Source: Amoebophrya sp. A120
Taxonomy: Eukaryota > Protista > Dinoflagellata
Reading direction: 5' to 3'
NCBI GenBank assembly: GCA_905178155.1
Contig: CAJINV010000016.1
Coordinates: forward strand, 1 to 64,000
DNA length: 64,000 nt
This document shows positions 13,801 through 24,700 of the stretch, piece by piece. Below the pieces are notes generated by a model that saw only the letters and a program-made list of their open reading frames with translations, did no database searches and was not told the DNA's origin. The position numbers and the translations under genes were made by a program. Each line of letters begins with the position of its first letter. Positions within the stretch are counted from its first letter, which is position 1.

Positions 13801-14988
13801 TAACAGTGTTGCATGCTTTCTTGCATGACAGACTTACACTTTCGCGGTTTTTCTTCTTGCATATGAGTGAGGCTCCGTTCATTCTGAAAATCTGCCCGCC
13901 GAAAAAATGGTACACGGAGAACGACAAACAATTTCCGCGGTTTCACGCCATCGCCGTGGACAGTAGACGGTGTCTCCTCAGTGATGCGTCCTCGCATCAG
14001 GTGTTTGTCATCAACCACGAGCGGCAGACGAAAGACCGGATCGCGGGATGCGGAAAATGCGGATTTCTATGGAGTTCTCAAATGTTATATTCTCAACTGT
14101 TACATGATTTGAATTTGTCATGCAGAGCCACGATTATCATCTGCACGATCAAGCTGCTCAGCATGACAAATTCTGGAAGGGCCAAACAGGCTGACAATCT
14201 GTGCCAAATCTGTCATGCAAGACGCGCAATACCCCCCCTTTCACATTTTCCATTGTTGCATCACAAATCCATGGAACAGTTGAAGAGAATGTAACATTTG
14301 AGAACGCCATAATTTCTGGACGGTCCGTTGGACATCTGCAGGCTGAACCAGCCGCTCGGGCTGGCTTTGGACAGTACCGTATGACAATGCACAACTCCGA
14401 CTCCCCCCCCTCATTTGAATTTGTAGCGCAATTCTAGCAACAGAAACCACCTCAAAAATGCAGTCTCTGCATAACAAATCCACGCACAGAGCATAGTGCA
14501 GTTTGGGCTTCCAGAACTTGTCATGCAAGGACAGCCAAAAGGCTCAGACAGGATTTGACATTTTTGCATTACAAATGAGGGGGAGGGGGAGTTGTGCACT
14601 CTCATATGCCAATGGGTTCATTTACATCGCGGACAGCGGAAACCACAGGATAAGGTGTGTCAACTTGTCCACTGGTTTTTTGACCACCATTGTCGGAAAC
14701 GGGAACCGAGGGTGCGGAAGAAATTCGTTGGACACACCCTACGAAGTGCAGTTCTGCCCGCCTCATTTTTTGCTGATAACCTGTGTAGACAACTCGGTCC
14801 GGATATCCACAAAAAAAAACTACACGCATCCAATTTCATGTCACGCAAAAAATGCATCAGATTCATCAGTTTTTGTCTTTGTCATGCAAAAAATAGATCG
14901 ACATCTTCGGAATGGGTTTCCTTTTTGTGGATAGCGGACGTTTGATTTGAAGTTGAAGTGTCTCAACACGATTCTGATCGGGAGTTGA
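1813..14988 (+). CDS. Large NHL-repeat (beta-propeller) protein with long Ser/Gly low-complexity tracts; 31 non-canonical introners plus 1 GT-AG intron (3396-3648)
   Basis: Manual splicing gives a continuous ORF to TGA 14986-14988. NHL motifs: GFRDGPRALAQFNGPSGLCI..LYVADTRNDSIRAI; GYKDAAKGSDARFSQIRGI..VFVADHWNNAVRCI; GFLDGPLDICRLNQPLGLALD..IYIADSGNHRIRCV. Start uncertain (1813 or 1837). Confidence 0.85.
2199..2369. mobile_element. Introner, family J
   Basis: Direct repeat ctctg/ctctc; TAT..ATA ends; aatttcc/ggaaatt inverted repeat. Confidence 0.75.
2480..2730. mobile_element. Introner, family A (TIR core tgtctgggtctggaa)
   Basis: Direct repeat cagtt/cagtt; about 30-bp TIR. Confidence 0.92.
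2781..2929. mobile_element. Introner, family B (TIR core gcaaaagtatcgtactcgta)
   Basis: Direct repeat gaaaa/gaaaa. Confidence 0.92.
3684..3935. mobile_element. Introner, family A
   Basis: Direct repeat accac/accac. Confidence 0.92.
3997..4146. mobile_element. Introner, family B
   Basis: Direct repeat gtgta/gtgta (identity extends to 12 bp). Confidence 0.88.
4676..4938. mobile_element. Introner, family D (diverged)
   Basis: Direct repeat caaca/caaga; right end gagttgtgcatcttcata. Confidence 0.8.
5133..5396. mobile_element. Introner, family A
   Basis: Direct repeat caaca/caaca. Confidence 0.88.
5451..5735. mobile_element. Introner, family C (TIR core aaaaacgtcccc)
   Basis: Direct repeat acgcc/acgcc. 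Confidence 0.9.
5796..5949. mobile_element. Introner, family B
   Basis: Direct repeat cctct/cctct. Confidence 0.92.
6047..6302. mobile_element. Introner, family A
   Basis: Direct repeat ggggt/ggagt. Confidence 0.9.
6337..6575. mobile_element. Introner, family G (TIR core ttctcaa-tgttacattctcaa)
   Basis: Direct repeat gcccg/gcccg. Confidence 0.9.
6665..6775. mobile_element. Introner, family I (short)
   Basis: Direct repeat cattt/cgttt; inverted repeat aaaacacccatcccc/ggggatgggtgtttt. Confidence 0.85.
6863..7043. mobile_element. Introner, family B (diverged)
   Basis: Direct repeat aattc/agttc. Confidence 0.8.
7092..7384. mobile_element. Introner, family A
   Basis: Direct repeat gtatc/gcatc. 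Confidence 0.88.
7446..7724. mobile_element. Introner, family C
   Basis: Direct repeat ccgct/ccgct. Confidence 0.88.
7847..8006. mobile_element. Introner, family J
   Basis: Direct repeat ggagt/ggagt; aaatttccc/gggaaattt inverted repeat. Confidence 0.85.
8416..8690. mobile_element. Introner, family A
   Basis: Direct repeat cactg/cactg. Confidence 0.88.
8721..8869. mobile_element. Introner, family B
   Basis: Direct repeat cagga/cagga. Confidence 0.9.
9712..9856. mobile_element. Introner, family B (opposite orientation to 2781)
   Basis: Direct repeat accaa/accaa. Confidence 0.92.
9902..10152. mobile_element. Introner, family A
   Basis: Direct repeat caaat/caaat. Confidence 0.9.
10315..10523. 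mobile_element. Introner, family D (TIR core gtgcacaactc-cccctcccc)
   Basis: Direct repeat ccatc/acatc. Confidence 0.9.
10578..10732. mobile_element. Introner, family B
   Basis: Direct repeat ggctg/ggctt. Confidence 0.88.
10838..10993. mobile_element. Introner, family B
   Basis: Direct repeat gcaac/gcaac. Confidence 0.9.
11123..11452. mobile_element. Introner, family E (TIR core ggaaaaatcccccctcccc)
   Basis: Direct repeat gttgg/gttgg. Confidence 0.9.
12745..12900. mobile_element. Introner, family B
   Basis: Direct repeat catgg/catgg. Confidence 0.87.
12960..13123. mobile_element. Introner, family B
   Basis: Direct repeat gaacg/gaacg. Confidence 0.88.
13273..13597. mobile_element. Introner, family E
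   Basis: Direct repeat cacgc/cacgc. Confidence 0.9.
13644..13863. mobile_element. Introner, family H (TIR core aaaaaactgtgtaagtgtaa, diverged)
   Basis: Direct repeat tgagt/tgagt. Confidence 0.82.
14068..14311. mobile_element. Introner, family G
   Basis: Direct repeat atttc/atttc. Confidence 0.9.
14380..14606. mobile_element. Introner, family D
   Basis: Degenerate direct repeat taccg/tgcca; removal restores the NHL repeat. Confidence 0.87.
14804..14933. mobile_element. Introner, family I (short)
   Basis: Direct repeat ccgga/gcgga; inverted repeat tatccacaaaaa/tttttgtggata. Confidence 0.85.
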
Positions 14989-16181
14989 CGTAGGGGATAG
15001 CGACTTTGACAAAAACTCTTCATCGCGTATGTGATACTAGGATTAGGAAATGGAACTAAAACAAAGTAAAACAAGTTTTGTTAAAAAATAAAAAAAATTA
15101 GATTGCCTGAAAAATAAGGGCTACTTACAAGTACAACTGCACGAGAAATATGGTATTTATAGATGGAGCCGATAAAGATGAAGTTTTTAAATTTGAATCC
15201 GTGGCAGTACTTAGCATGATTCTTGCCTGCATTTGCTGCTTGAAAAAAGTAGTCTAGGTGGTTATGCTCGTGCTGCTAGCGCCTGGTAATTTTACGTCGT
15301 CGTGTACATCAAGTAAAAACGATGAAAAGAGTGAGAAGATGTTGAATTCAAGTGAAAGTAGAACTGATAGATGAAGAAAATGAAGTTCTTTTGTCAACAC
15401 CCTCCCTCGTAGTGAACATCAAGCTCAAGGGCGTGGTGCAGACTGAGTGACTTCCATCTCAAGTTGAAGATGCCGCTTAAGTAGTGTGTTCCTCATCTTC
15501 TAGCAACTATGGATCATAGTGATCGCCAAGAAGAACGAATGCGGCTCAACTTCGCCGCCAAGACGCGGACTTTCTTACGTTCGTGTTTGAGACAGATAAC
15601 GCTAAAAAACATACCACTGCCAAAGAATGATCCAAAAAAGTGTTCCGCTTCGGGTCGTCGCAGCATCGCTACAAATATCGCCAAGAACTTCGGTCTACTT
15701 GAATTTCGGTCTCATAGTCGGCGGGGGTAGGGTCGTCGTTCCGGGTTACAACTGTGTTGTGTTGATCAATCGCGGCACACTATAAATAATCCTGCACCTC
15801 CAAAATAAGTACTCGCGCGACTCATGTGGGATAGTAGCTGGGGATACAGTTACAACAGGGACCTACTCGTGATGTTGAAGCATCATCCTCCTGTTTCAGA
15901 AGAACATACAGCTGAGAATTATCTGGCTCTTGCTTTTAGTTCATCTTGTTGTATGTACGTTCGCAGAAGACCACTACAACCGCACTTGTTGCAAAACTAC
16001 CTCTGCTACCATCCTTAGGATTTTTAGATTGTTTGTCGGGAAGATTCAGCAATGTTTGGGTCAATGACCAAAAATGGTAATCCATCTTCAAAGCCAGACC
16101 CTTTGATGTTCGCGTTTTTTTGAACTTGAGACTTGTACGAACAAGCAGTGGGGTAGTAGTAAAAACACCATCCTGACAAGA

Positions 16182-17983
16182 ATGGCCGACGAAAAAAAGA
16201 CGGACGATCGTTTGAAGCCGCCGCGGCCGACGCTCAAGGTCTTCCGCGAATCCGGGGGTGCGGTAGAGCGGGGGTTTCAGGTCCCCGGGGCATTTAATGT
16301 CACGGTGCTCGCGGAAAAGGAGAAACCAGACAGGTCGAAGCCGCACACAGTATCCTATTTGAACAATAAACGTAATAAATCACCTCCGCAACTGGCTCCA
16401 CCGCGACGTCCGCCAACGACCCAGATTTGTTAAACTCTAAAAATATCGGTATCGTGGTGCACCAGCATGATAGACATGGTATTCTGTCAAGACAAAAATA
16501 CTCAACGTCTTAAGTATAACCTGCAACTCATTAGCCTTCTCGTCTCCAAGAGTGCAATAAGTTGTTAGGGGTGCCGCGCGCTCGCACACCGTCAAAAACA
16601 CTAAGCAACAGCGCGCGATCGATAAACTTCTAAAGCGAAAGTGAAGCCTCGATGGAGATGTTGGAGTTGGTAATCGTGGTGATTTAGAAAATTTGCATAG
16701 GATACACGGACCGGATTTTCGAAATGCTGAAGGACATGAACGAGAGGGATAAGTATTTTTTCTCATTTTTTGTCTACATTATTGCTCCTGCTAAGCTCGC
16801 ATGACAAAAGCCACACGTACTATTCCAACGGGGTGCATGACAAACCAAATCCACAACGCAAACAGCTACTTCCTCGGCGAGCCCCGGTCCGCTTTTGTGA
16901 AAACGCGCACCATATGCATCGCAAATGATGTGTCTGGATTTAGAAGAACACTTCATGAACTTGTCATGCTAGGTCCGGATCTACTTCGTCTCGTGCAAAA
17001 TCAAAATCAAAAATCTGTATTGCGCGATTGCCAAAAGGCTGATGATGATGATGATGATGATGATGGTCGTGGTTGCCAGATAAAGTTGCGCACTTTTATT
17101 GGCCAAGTTGTGAGGAAGAGGAAGTGGCTTCATGCTAAATTGGCATGAGAGATAGAAGAAGAGATATGGCAGTAGAATCTGTCATGCTAGGTCCTCCTGC
17201 ATGTTGCCAGAGGACCTCATGAGCCGCGGTCATGGAAAATCATCTGCATGGTAACAAGTCTTACGATCTTCCAGACCCAGACATATTTAAAGTGAATACA
17301 CCGACTACGACCCAGCAAGGACCCATCTGACCGAGCAAATGCCCGTCTTGGAAAAGCATCGAGCAATCGTTGCAGAGGAGGGGGAGGCGCATAAGACGTG
17401 CCAAAATCCGGTCCTGAATACCATGGACAAGGCAAGAGCGGAACAGATGGTACTGTGTGTTTCTTGTTTTTGTGGTTCTCCTTCGTGATGCTTACTGATG
17501 TCCACCGCGCATGACAAATTGCATTTCTCTTGTATTTTCTGCAATACAACAATCAAAAGCAAAAGCCCGGCTGATCATGCTGATGCAAATTATACAATCA
17601 GACCCTGAACACGCTTTCCACCTTCGAGCTGTCTCCGACGAGTTATGAAAGTGCACAACAAGTCCGCGTCCGCCCCCTCCCCCTCATTGTCATTGATTTG
17701 TATTGCATGAACAGCAACACAAGCGTCAGGGTCGGCAAGAATACAGGTTTTGCATGACAAATTTGGACAGGTAGAGTGTAGTGCTATTTGGGCTGCCAGA
17801 ACTTGTCACGCAAGCAGGGCCAAGAGCCAGGGCGTAATAAATTAGGTATTTTGTAATGACAAACGAGGGGTAGCAGGGGAGGTTGTGCACCCTCATACGA
17901 GTAAGAGCAAGGCGAAAAGGGAGGCGCAGATACCGAAAGTACCGCTGACGAGACTGTTTCCGGCCACAGGGAAAATTATCTGA
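16182..17983 (+). CDS. Hypothetical protein, about 175 aa; 3 introners and 2 GT-AG introns (16753-16865, 17450-17601)
   Basis: Spliced exons total 528 nt and are open from MADEKKTDD to PATGKII-stop. Confidence 0.7.
16351..16704. mobile_element. Introner, orphan family M
   Basis: Direct repeat cacag/cacgg; inverted repeat tatcctat/ataggata. Confidence 0.75.
16913..17298. mobile_element. Introner, family A (expanded, internal (gat)n)
   Basis: Direct repeat cacca/caccg. Confidence 0.8.
17644..17897. mobile_element. Introner, family D
   Basis: Direct repeat cgagt/cgagt. Confidence 0.88.
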
Positions 17984-19654
17984 GGAGCTGTGACGGTGAG
18001 GATCTCCTGACGTCGTTTGCTCATATTTGGATTTTAAGTGGCCCCGCGGAAGTCCAGATGAATGTAATTGTTCGTTGTACAACCCAAGTACTACGTCAGA
18101 AACAATGCTACCTACAGTTGTCCTAGCTGGAGCAACTGAGTTTCTTTTTCCGTAATGAGGCGCAACTGTTGATAAAGTTGATATAGAGGTCTTTTTCTGT
18201 AAAAAAAAACTACACACTCTCGCCGGCGGGCTGAAGGTGCTGTTGTGTCAAAGCCTGACGTCCTGACATCGTTTCTGCTTGTACAAGGCCATTATAGGTG
18301 TCTCGCGAAGATGGCTCTGGATAATTTCCAGCACGATTTCCAGTTGTACGATAGAGTTAGAGATACTCTCTTCTGGTGGTAGGTAGTTCATGATAGGAAC
18401 GAAAGTTGTACTAAAATCAACACGTCGCTTGTTAAATCTTAATGGGGCTACTTCATCTTTGACGCCATGGATGAGAACCGAAGCCCGGAGTTCTTTTCTC
18501 CTTCATCTACTTCCGTGGCTTTGGGAGAAATACCAAATGTACTACATGTAGCCGTTGTTCCACGAGATCTTCGTGCTTCCTGTTCTTTATGTTCTCCTGC
18601 ATCCCAGAAACAAATACCAAATCCATGTCGGAAGATTCCTTTTTCATCCTCGGCGTGCAAATATGCGAGCAGGAAGAGTGAAAGTGTTGAGCATGATGTT
18701 GTCGAGGGTTTTGCGCAGCTATATTTTAACTATGGGTACGACAGTCGTGAAGATCCGAAGTACAGAATTCTATGGACAAGTACTCTTTCTTCGAAGGGTA
18801 CTGGTGCTTAACTGATTCTTTCTGCGTCCTTCGAGGAAATGGAATTACATTCAACCAATAATCATATGGATGGAAAAAGTGGAGGACATCAGCACAACTA
18901 CGGTTCTTTCTCCTGCCAATTTTCCTGTGTTTTCCTCTTCTGTGCATCGTACAATGGATCTTTTATTGCGCCAAAAATCGGTTTGCGCATTCAGTCAAAC
19001 TTTTTGCCGAAACAGATCCGATCGGTTCTTCCATATCCTTGTTGCACTTAATCCGCCTCAGAGGTTGAAATATGAAATGAGGATCTTAATTAGCTCGATT
19101 CGCCCGAAGATGTGCATAGTGCGTCGGTTTAATCCAGGACCAGGATCCTCAGCCCCAAACTTGTGCTTTCCAGTATAAACCAAGCAAGAAGTAGAAGTCG
19201 GCTTGAAAAGATAAGAAGTTCTCCACACAGCGGCCCCGTGCCCGTGCAAGGATCCATCTCGAAAATGAATTCGATCGCCGATAGATCTGCGCGAGTATAT
19301 TCAAAGGCTTTGTCATACGTCGATCAAGCAAGTACGCCAAAGCATCGGTATAGAACAAACAGAATTTTTCATCTCCATCAGGAACGAGTTTCACATTGAC
19401 GAAATCCATTCATCATCTGCTTATCCTGCTCGAGTTGTAAAACCCTCATGTCCTCCTCTTTATTTTGGTGCATTTTTGAAGCGAATCTGATCTGAGTCTA
19501 ACGCAAAAAGTAAGTACTAAAGGTTTTCTGGCGAAATCATTTTCATTTGTAAAAAAAAAAGTAGCACTACGGAAAATACTAACTCAAAAAAACTCTGTTG
19601 AAGCCACCGAAGATAGCACTATTTGCCTTTCCAGTTCCAGTGGAAAAAAATCGA

Positions 19655-21646
19655 ATGTTGGCTACCACGAAAGAGAAGGCGCCTCGCGGGGTCATGCTCT
19701 CGGCTCTGGCCGTGTTGGGGGCCGCGTACTTTGCGCCCGGCCTTGTGCACGGCGTCGGTTTGCGTGCGGGGGCCGGCTCGGCGGCTAATTCAGAAGATCC
19801 GCAGGTGATCCGCGAAGAATGTCGCCCGAGGCTGGTTTTCGTGGAGACGGCACGGACGGAGCTGAATCAGCTGGCTCCCGTTAAGGACGCGCTGCGTAAC
19901 TTTTATGGGTACAACGACGCAGCGGAGGTCCCCCAGCAAAATTTCGATAATACCGACACGCTGAACGGGCTCGGTCTGCCGGCGGGGTCGCCAGACATGG
20001 CAATGGCGACGGAGGCGAGGACCCTTCAGGACAGAACTCCCTTGCGTGCAGCGGACGGCGCAACGCCTCTCGGAGAGGTGGTCGCTGGTTGCATAGAGGG
20101 ATTCCAGCGCGTGTTGTGGAAGTTCTTTTCCGCCTTCCGCGACCGAGTCCCGGAGGAAAAGGAGCGACGCCGGATCGCGCAGCGGCTGCTCGCCGCCTGG
20201 GGCGTGCCGTTGCGAAAGGGAAAGAGTCCGCTGGAGGAACGACGCCCCATCCATATCGTGGTGGACTTCCTCTACCCGGGGGCCGCTTTTCTTGGTCTCC
20301 TAGCCGAGTTTCTGGAGGACCCCCGCGTCTTCCCGGCGGGCGGCAAGCTGTTTGCGTGGGTGGGCACTCCGATTCTCGCGGTGGGGGCGTTGTCCTGGAC
20401 GGGCTCGACTGCAGCGGCCGACGCAGCTGCCGTCGCCGACATGCACAAGTTAAATTTCGTCGCGCCGACCGGTCCCTATCTCCCGGGAGGGGGGGACGCC
20501 GCCGCCGTCGTCCGGCTCCTGCTCCGTCTGCCCGGAGGCCCGAGCGAGGGGGAAGAGGTTTCGCGCCCCTTCCCGGACTGGTTTCCGGTCGATCGGATCT
20601 GCGCCGCGCTGCCCTGGTTTCCGCGCGACAACGTGGCGCTGGCGGAAGGTGGGTACGAAAGACTCGTCGCAGGAGGGACAGCCGGCGAGCCGGTGCACTC
20701 GATCTTCGCCGGGGACGATCAGGCGTTTGCGAAGCGGGTGTTCTGGCTGAACACCGGTGCTCCGCCTGCCGGAGCACCGGAAGCTGTAACCGACGTGGCG
20801 CCCGAAGTCGCGGAGCTCGAAGCGCTGGCACTTGCCGGCGCAGGAGCCGGGCCCACCACCTCGGGCGCCGGCGCGGCGGGTGCTCCTGGGCAACAAGTAG
20901 TGCTGGCGAAACCTCCGAAAACCCTGGTGTTCGTGGCTCTCGGCACGACCGGTGGGGTTCCGCTGGTCGGGGGTGGAAACAAGGGAGAACGCCGCCTCCC
21001 GTACAAGGAGATGCTGGAGGACCTGTTGAGTCTCGGCGAGGAGTACGTCGTCGCGGTGCGCGTGGCCTATCCGGGGGGCCAGGCCGAGCAAGAAAAGGTC
21101 CAAACGCCGGCGGACATTTTGGCCGCGCTGACGGAAAATGGAACCGGCCAAGCCACGGTGAAGCTGTACGAGGGGCATTTCCCGCAGAAGGCACTGCTCG
21201 GCGCACGGTCGGCGCGGGAGAATCGCCTCATCTTCGTGTCACACGGAGGCATTAGCAGCCTCTCCGAGGCGCTCCGCGCGCGCGTCCCCACGGTGTTGAT
21301 GCCCCAATCGGAGGAGCAACTGGCGAACGACAAGCTGATGGTGGCGCACGGGCTCGGGGTGGACGCCTCGCAGGCCGGGGCGAACTACGAAGTGTACGGC
21401 GCCGAGCGGAAGGCTTTCCCGCAGAAGTGGGCCTTGCCGGCACAGTACGCGACAGATGACGCATCTACATCTTCCCAGACTGCCGGCTTCGCAAAGCTGT
21501 CGGAAGCCGTCGCGGCGGTCGCAGCACGAAAGAAGGTGCTGCGGGAGAATATCGACGCATTTGCGACCGAAATGAAGAAAAAAGCACTTGCTGTCGAAGA
21601 ATTAGCAAAAATGCTCGCGACACCTGGAAACGCGCCGCAACTTTAG
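19655..21646 (+). CDS. Intronless UDP-glycosyltransferase (GT1, GT-B fold) with N-terminal hydrophobic signal-like segment
   Basis: UDP-sugar-binding signature FPQKALL...FVSHGGISSLSEALRARVPTVLMPQSEEQLAND; VFVALGT motif; GC-rich. Confidence 0.8.
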   Translation: MLATTKEKAPRGVMLSALAVLGAAYFAPGLVHGVGLRAGAGSAANSEDPQVIREECRPRLVFVETARTELNQLAPVKDALRNFYGYNDAAEVPQQNFDNTDTLNGLGLPAGSPDMAMATEARTLQDRTPLRAADGATPLGEVVAGCIEGFQRVLWKFFSAFRDRVPEEKERRRIAQRLLAAWGVPLRKGKSPLEERRPIHIVVDFLYPGAAFLGLLAEFLEDPRVFPAGGKLFAWVGTPILAVGALSWTGSTAAADAAAVADMHKLNFVAPTGPYLPGGGDAAAVVRLLLRLPGGPSEGEEVSRPFPDWFPVDRICAALPWFPRDNVALAEGGYERLVAGGTAGEPVHSIFAGDDQAFAKRVFWLNTGAPPAGAPEAVTDVAPEVAELEALALAGAGAGPTTSGAGAAGAPGQQVVLAKPPKTLVFVALGTTGGVPLVGGGNKGERRLPYKEMLEDLLSLGEEYVVAVRVAYPGGQAEQEKVQTPADILAALTENGTGQATVKLYEGHFPQKALLGARSARENRLIFVSHGGISSLSEALRARVPTVLMPQSEEQLANDKLMVAHGLGVDASQAGANYEVYGAERKAFPQKWALPAQYATDDASTSSQTAGFAKLSEAVAAVAARKKVLRENIDAFATEMKKKALAVEELAKMLATPGNAPQL

Positions 21647-23136
21647 TGGTCGAAGGCAGCTGAGTAGGTCTTACGTCCAAAACCACTTTTGCATGCCTTC
21701 AACGCCGCGCCCGAGCCGAAGCCGTCCGAGAGCAATGCGTGCTCGCAGCAGTAGTTCGGTCGGGCGAAATATAAAAGTCTCAATCTCACACTGCGAAATT
21801 AGATCTGAAAATAGCAGGCTATTGATTTTTATTGATTTGTTTTGGAAGTAACTATTTTGGAAAAGTTTTCTCTCGCTGGCAGTACAGGTTTTGGAAATAA
21901 ACATTTTGGAAATAAACATTTCGTCTGCTCCGGTTTTGATGTTGTATTGTCTGCTCCGGTTTTCAACAGAAAAAATTGTTTCACTTGTATCACTTGTTTC
22001 ACTTGTAGTATCACTAGGGTAGCAGGGCAGGCCTTTCCTGCCGCGCGTCGGAGGAGGGAGTTGCGCCGCGCCCAGCTCGAACTAATCATCGCCATCACCT
22101 CCCCAAAGATTTCTACATAAAGTGAAAACTTGATGAGCGGAGGACGTCTGCCGAGATAATTATTATCCACGGCTAGCACTAATTCCTGTTGAGACCACAC
22201 GGTAAATTGCACGTGGTCTACCAATTATTAGATATGCTGGAACAAGGCGGCTACTACGCATGTTCAACTTCGGAGAAGATTCTGACTACCTGTATGATGT
22301 TGAAGCTAAGAAGACCACTTGCGCGTGGTTCTTCCTACTACTTCTACTTGATCCTCATCTGGTAATCAGCCAAGCGTCCTTGCGCTCGCGCTCGTCCGAA
22401 TCGCAAATGAAAAAAACTAAATCGCCCACTCGAAGAATAAATTTGACTGACCCCTTATCGCTTCACGTCACCAGGACTCCTCCGCCCCGAGGCCCCGGCG
22501 TCGTGTTGTGGGATTACGTATGCCAGCACTTTTGAAAAGAAAACCGCAAAAATATACATAGGCAGATGAAGAAACTTCCCCTAAATCAATGTCGCCGTAG
22601 TTGTTCCACGAGATCTCGATAGCTGTTTTTTGGTTCCTTCTCCTGCTCAGAAATACAAAATCCATGTCGGATTCTTTTTTTCGGTGATGTGCGATAAATT
22701 TGCGATCAGCAAGTAGAGAGTGCAGCTTTTGAGGGTTCAGTCCCCTACTACAACGATATCGATACATAGAAGTCGTAAAGGTGATGTCGTGGATTGCAGT
22801 CAGGATGGAATAATTCTTGGATGAGTCTTTTCTTATATTACAGCAGTAAATTATAGTAGAGTACAACCCGGACCTAAGATATTAGGTATTTCTTTCTGAG
22901 CATGTAGGCTATTAGAATGTTCTTCATTTCTGTTGCGCCTGTACTAGTACGTCAACGGGCTCTAAATCCTATGCCTATCCCCCTGACCCTGTTACGACCT
23001 CTCGACTTCATCGTTGCTAGTTGTCTCTTCTCGTCCCCTTCTATTCACAGCTAGAGACTTGATCTTAGTCAATCCCGTTAGAAATTTGCGTGTACTACTT
23101 TCTCATCTTGGCCCTAGTTACTACAAAATCAAAAAA

Positions 23137-24700
23137 ATGTCCGACGCCGACTACGTGCAGGATTGCCGGTTATTGGAATCGGGCATCCGCAACGTGCAGA
23201 ATTCTGCCTACAACATCCACAAGGAACTCACCATCGCCGACAGCTCCTCCCTCCTCCAAACCCGGTCTTTAATCGACGCCTCGATCGCCCAGATTGCGGA
23301 GTTGCAGACCGTGTTGAAATATCAAATACAAGTATGATGTCTGGGTCTGGAAAGAACTTGTAATGCTGAATGGCCACGATTGACTGTGACTCAAACGCTC
23401 TGTCATGCGCAGGACGCATTAGATTACAAACTGCGTTTTTGCATGACGAAAGTGTGGCGCTTTATTTGCTGCTTATGCAATACAGATTTTTTGGGAGTGC
23501 CAAACACGCAAGACTACAGGTTCAGCTTTTTCTTATTTTGATTTTCCAGACCCAGGCATATTATATTTGCAATGCATATGAAACGACTCCGGGCCTACAC
23601 ACAGAACGCGAACGACGTGACGGAGAAGGCGTCGAGAAAACAGATGTACCAGCAGCTCTCCATGAAGCTCCAAGCTGCGGCCAAGGACTTGGAAAACGAG
23701 ATCCAGCAGTACATCAACGCCTGCAACGTGCAGAGAAGTACCAGTCCGTCAACCTCCACAGGAGGGATTGGAGCTGGAAATAGCAATAGGCAACAGGCTG
23801 GATCGAGTACAACAACTTCACACGAACTTATCGACATGTCTTCAGGCGGGGGAGCAGGTGGTCGCGCGGGCGGTGGTTCATCTTCAAGTTCCTCCGGCGC
23901 CGGCGGGTTGAACCTGCAGAACAACTACAACCAGGACCCGCTAATCCCGACGACGTCTTCAAATAACGCATATAATACAACTACCGGGAGCTCTACTTCC
24001 TCCAGCACGGCAAGTAGTAGCTCGAGGTCGAACAATGTTAATAATCTTCCGTATGGAACAATAATAAACCAACCTCAACTTTCCCAGTTCCAGCAGCAGG
24101 CCCAGAAATCCTTCCTAGGCCAGGAGATCACCGATGCGGATTTGGAGCAGGGCAGGTACGAGCGGATGGTTTCTGTTCAAACGCGGATGGAAGACTTGCA
24201 GAACCTCTACACCGATCTCTCCGACCACGTCAGCCGCGCGAGCGAGCATATCGTATTTAAAAACGTCCCCAGACCCAGAGTCGTAATCATGCAAAGCTGC
24301 ATGCTCAGAATGTTTCTCATGCGGAGCCCCATGAGCAGCATTTTCTAGTCGTGTTTTGCAATTTGTCAAGCTCCAATCTGCATGATAAACTAGATCTGTG
24401 ATACTGCTGAGCTAGCTCAAACAGCACTACGCTACGAGTCCAAATTTGTCATGCACGAGAGCCAAAACTTGTGGACTTGTCTAGCCGATTCCCCATCTTG
24501 ACTATGGGGTGGGGACGTTTTTACATAGGATAGAGCAGTTCGCGTCCATAGAAGCGCACGTGCTGCGCACCGCGGAAATGACGCACGACGCGGTGAACGA
24601 AATCAAGATAACGGCAAACCGCGACTTCCGACAACTGTTCAGGAGGATGATGATGGGCATTGTCGTGTTCCTGTTCTTCCTGTGGAACTTCTTCTTCTGA
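23137..24700 (+). CDS. Syntaxin-family (Qa) SNARE; 2 introners
   Basis: Helical N-terminus, SNARE motif RYERMVSVQTRMEDLQNLYTDLSDHVSRASEQFASIEAHV, C-terminal transmembrane segment MMMGIVVFLFFLWNFFF-stop. Confidence 0.85.
23320..23578. mobile_element. Introner, family A
   Basis: Direct repeat tgaaa/tgaaa. Confidence 0.87.
24249..24532. mobile_element. Introner, family C
   Basis: Direct repeat gagca/gagca; splits the SNARE motif. Confidence 0.92.

Noticed and set aside
19790-21464. Long overlapping ORFs on other frames of the UGT gene
   Set aside because: Arg/Pro-rich shadow ORFs expected in GC-rich coding DNA.
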